From Oligoflexales bacterium (GTDB lineage Bacteria; Bdellovibrionota_B; Oligoflexia; Oligoflexales; JAPPIL01): a stretch of 64,000 bases of DNA. This document shows positions 63,015 to 64,000 of the stretch, in pieces. The stretch is taken from the NCBI GenBank assembly GCA_965215515.1, contig OZ244057.1, forward strand, positions 1,952,001-2,016,000, given 5' to 3'. Each line of letters begins with the position of its first letter. Positions within the stretch are counted from its first letter, which is position 1. The position numbers and the translations under genes are program-made. The notes under the pieces were generated by a model that ran no database searches, was not told the DNA's origin, and saw only the letters and a program-made list of their open reading frames with translations.

Positions 63015-63710
63015 TTAATCAGCAGTAATCTGCAACGGGATGCGGGCAAAAATTTTGTCGCCGCGTGCAAAACGAATTTCGTGCGACACCGCTGCGTTTG
63101 CATCGCGATAAATATCAAAGGTGAGGCCCTGGTATGATGTAAAGTTGACCGACACGTTGCTAATTGTCAAACGATCGTCGAGTGCAACTTGCACAGGTTC
63201 ACCGTCGCGCAAAACCAGCCGTTTGCTATCGTTGACGCGCAGCACGGCATAACGCAGCTGCGGGTCGAGCAAGCGCAAGAAGGCTTCGCCATGCACCTTA
63301 ACACCACTGCCCACGACAAACGCGTATATCTTCCCCTCGCCACGCTGGGAAAAATACGGCAGCAACTGCGTGTCTGTCTTGACCACATAGCCCTTGTCTC
63401 TGCCGTTATCGGGCGGATTCTTGAAACCGACGAAGTTGATATATTGTGCCTGCCGCCGACGATCCCGAAGCAGTGCAGCGACGACCTTTAGGGTATCGCC
63501 GCGCACGATGTCAGTCTGTGCCCCCGCCCTCAGCAAACGCCGCTCGCCGTTGACCTCGATGATCAGATAAGCAAGTTGCTGTGCGGGTGCGGCAAACCTC
63601 TCCCGCGGGGAATACCGCGTCGGGCTTACCCAGCTACGCCATGCGGTACAGAAAAACAAAATTAATACCCACAGTATCCTTAAAAACGGAAAAGCATGGC
63701 TTAGACGCAT
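63015..63710 (-). CDS. Hypothetical membrane-anchored protein with two similar beta-rich halves
   Basis: N-terminal TM segment; YLIIEVNGERRLLRAG...GDTLKV resembles YAVLRVNDSKRLVLRDG...DDRLTI. Confidence 0.65.
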   Translation of the reverse strand: MRLSHAFPFLRILWVLILFFCTAWRSWVSPTRYSPRERFAAPAQQLAYLIIEVNGERRLLRAGAQTDIVRGDTLKVVAALLRDRRRQAQYINFVGFKNPPDNGRDKGYVVKTDTQLLPYFSQRGEGKIYAFVVGSGVKVHGEAFLRLLDPQLRYAVLRVNDSKRLVLRDGEPVQVALDDRLTISNVSVNFTSYQGLTFDIYRDANAAVSHEIRFARGDKIFARIPLQITAD

Positions 63711-63755
63711 GAAAAAAACTTACCCTCGTGCTAGAATGGTAGCGATGACACCAAG

Positions 63756-64000
63756 ATGGCGATGGCGATGACCGATGTCTTCACCAGTGAAAATTTTACC
63801 GCATTTATTCCTGCCTTCAAAGCCCACCTCGCGATACGGGGATGTAGTGGGGCGACTGTCGACTCCTACAGCAGCGATGTGCGGTTATTTTTGCAGTTCA
63901 TGCATGCCAGACAGCTGAGCAGCGAAGATCTAGATGCGAGTACTTTGCACGCCTATTGTGATTTTCTTCAGACCGACAGTGCTCGACACGAAAACTCCCA
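63756..64000 (+). CDS. Tyrosine recombinase (XerC/XerD-like) N-terminal domain, partial
   Basis: Manual translation: ...FIPAFKAHLAIRGCSGATVDSYSSDVRLFLQFM...LHAYCDFL..., the S..T..SY..D...F pattern; open to the window end. Confidence 0.7.
   Translation, partial: MAMAMTDVFTSENFTAFIPAFKAHLAIRGCSGATVDSYSSDVRLFLQFMHARQLSSEDLDASTLHAYCDFLQTDSARHENS

Noticed and set aside
63756..64000. Recombinase as the integrase of the MBL-patatin cassette
   Set aside because: Separated from it by tuf, tRNAs and core genes; more likely a housekeeping Xer recombinase, and only a fragment is visible.

Overview
Bacterial chromosomal window, moderately GC-rich. Gene content and style (many orphan lipoproteins, DUF4388-like and BspA-like proteins, mevalonate-type GHMP kinase) suggest a deltaproteobacteria-like lineage such as Bdellovibrionota/Oligoflexia; this is inference. 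It is mostly housekeeping: prfB with its +1 frameshift, mutM, leuS, secG, prc, murA, rph, lipA, lpxK, pgk, rlmN, thrS, proS, the tRNA-Trp-secE-nusG-rplKAJL-rpoBC cluster, metK, ruvAB, epmA, tuf and eight tRNAs. The most interesting parts are: (1) a lower-GC two-gene cassette at 56.6-58.8 kb encoding a metallo-beta-lactamase-fold protein ending in Gly, coupled to a patatin phospholipase, a candidate minimal defence system with no E1-E2/JAB genes; (2) a 95-bp tandem array of tRNA-Gly-derived units inside the tuf tRNA operon; (3) a ~1300-aa probably exported protein with an atypical kinase core after rpoC; (4) a dispersed TGTAGATGCCC element that brackets the cassette; (5) a bipartite motif shared by two 5' leaders; (6) apparent CCGG depletion. 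All calls are from reading the sequence by eye; no database searches were run.
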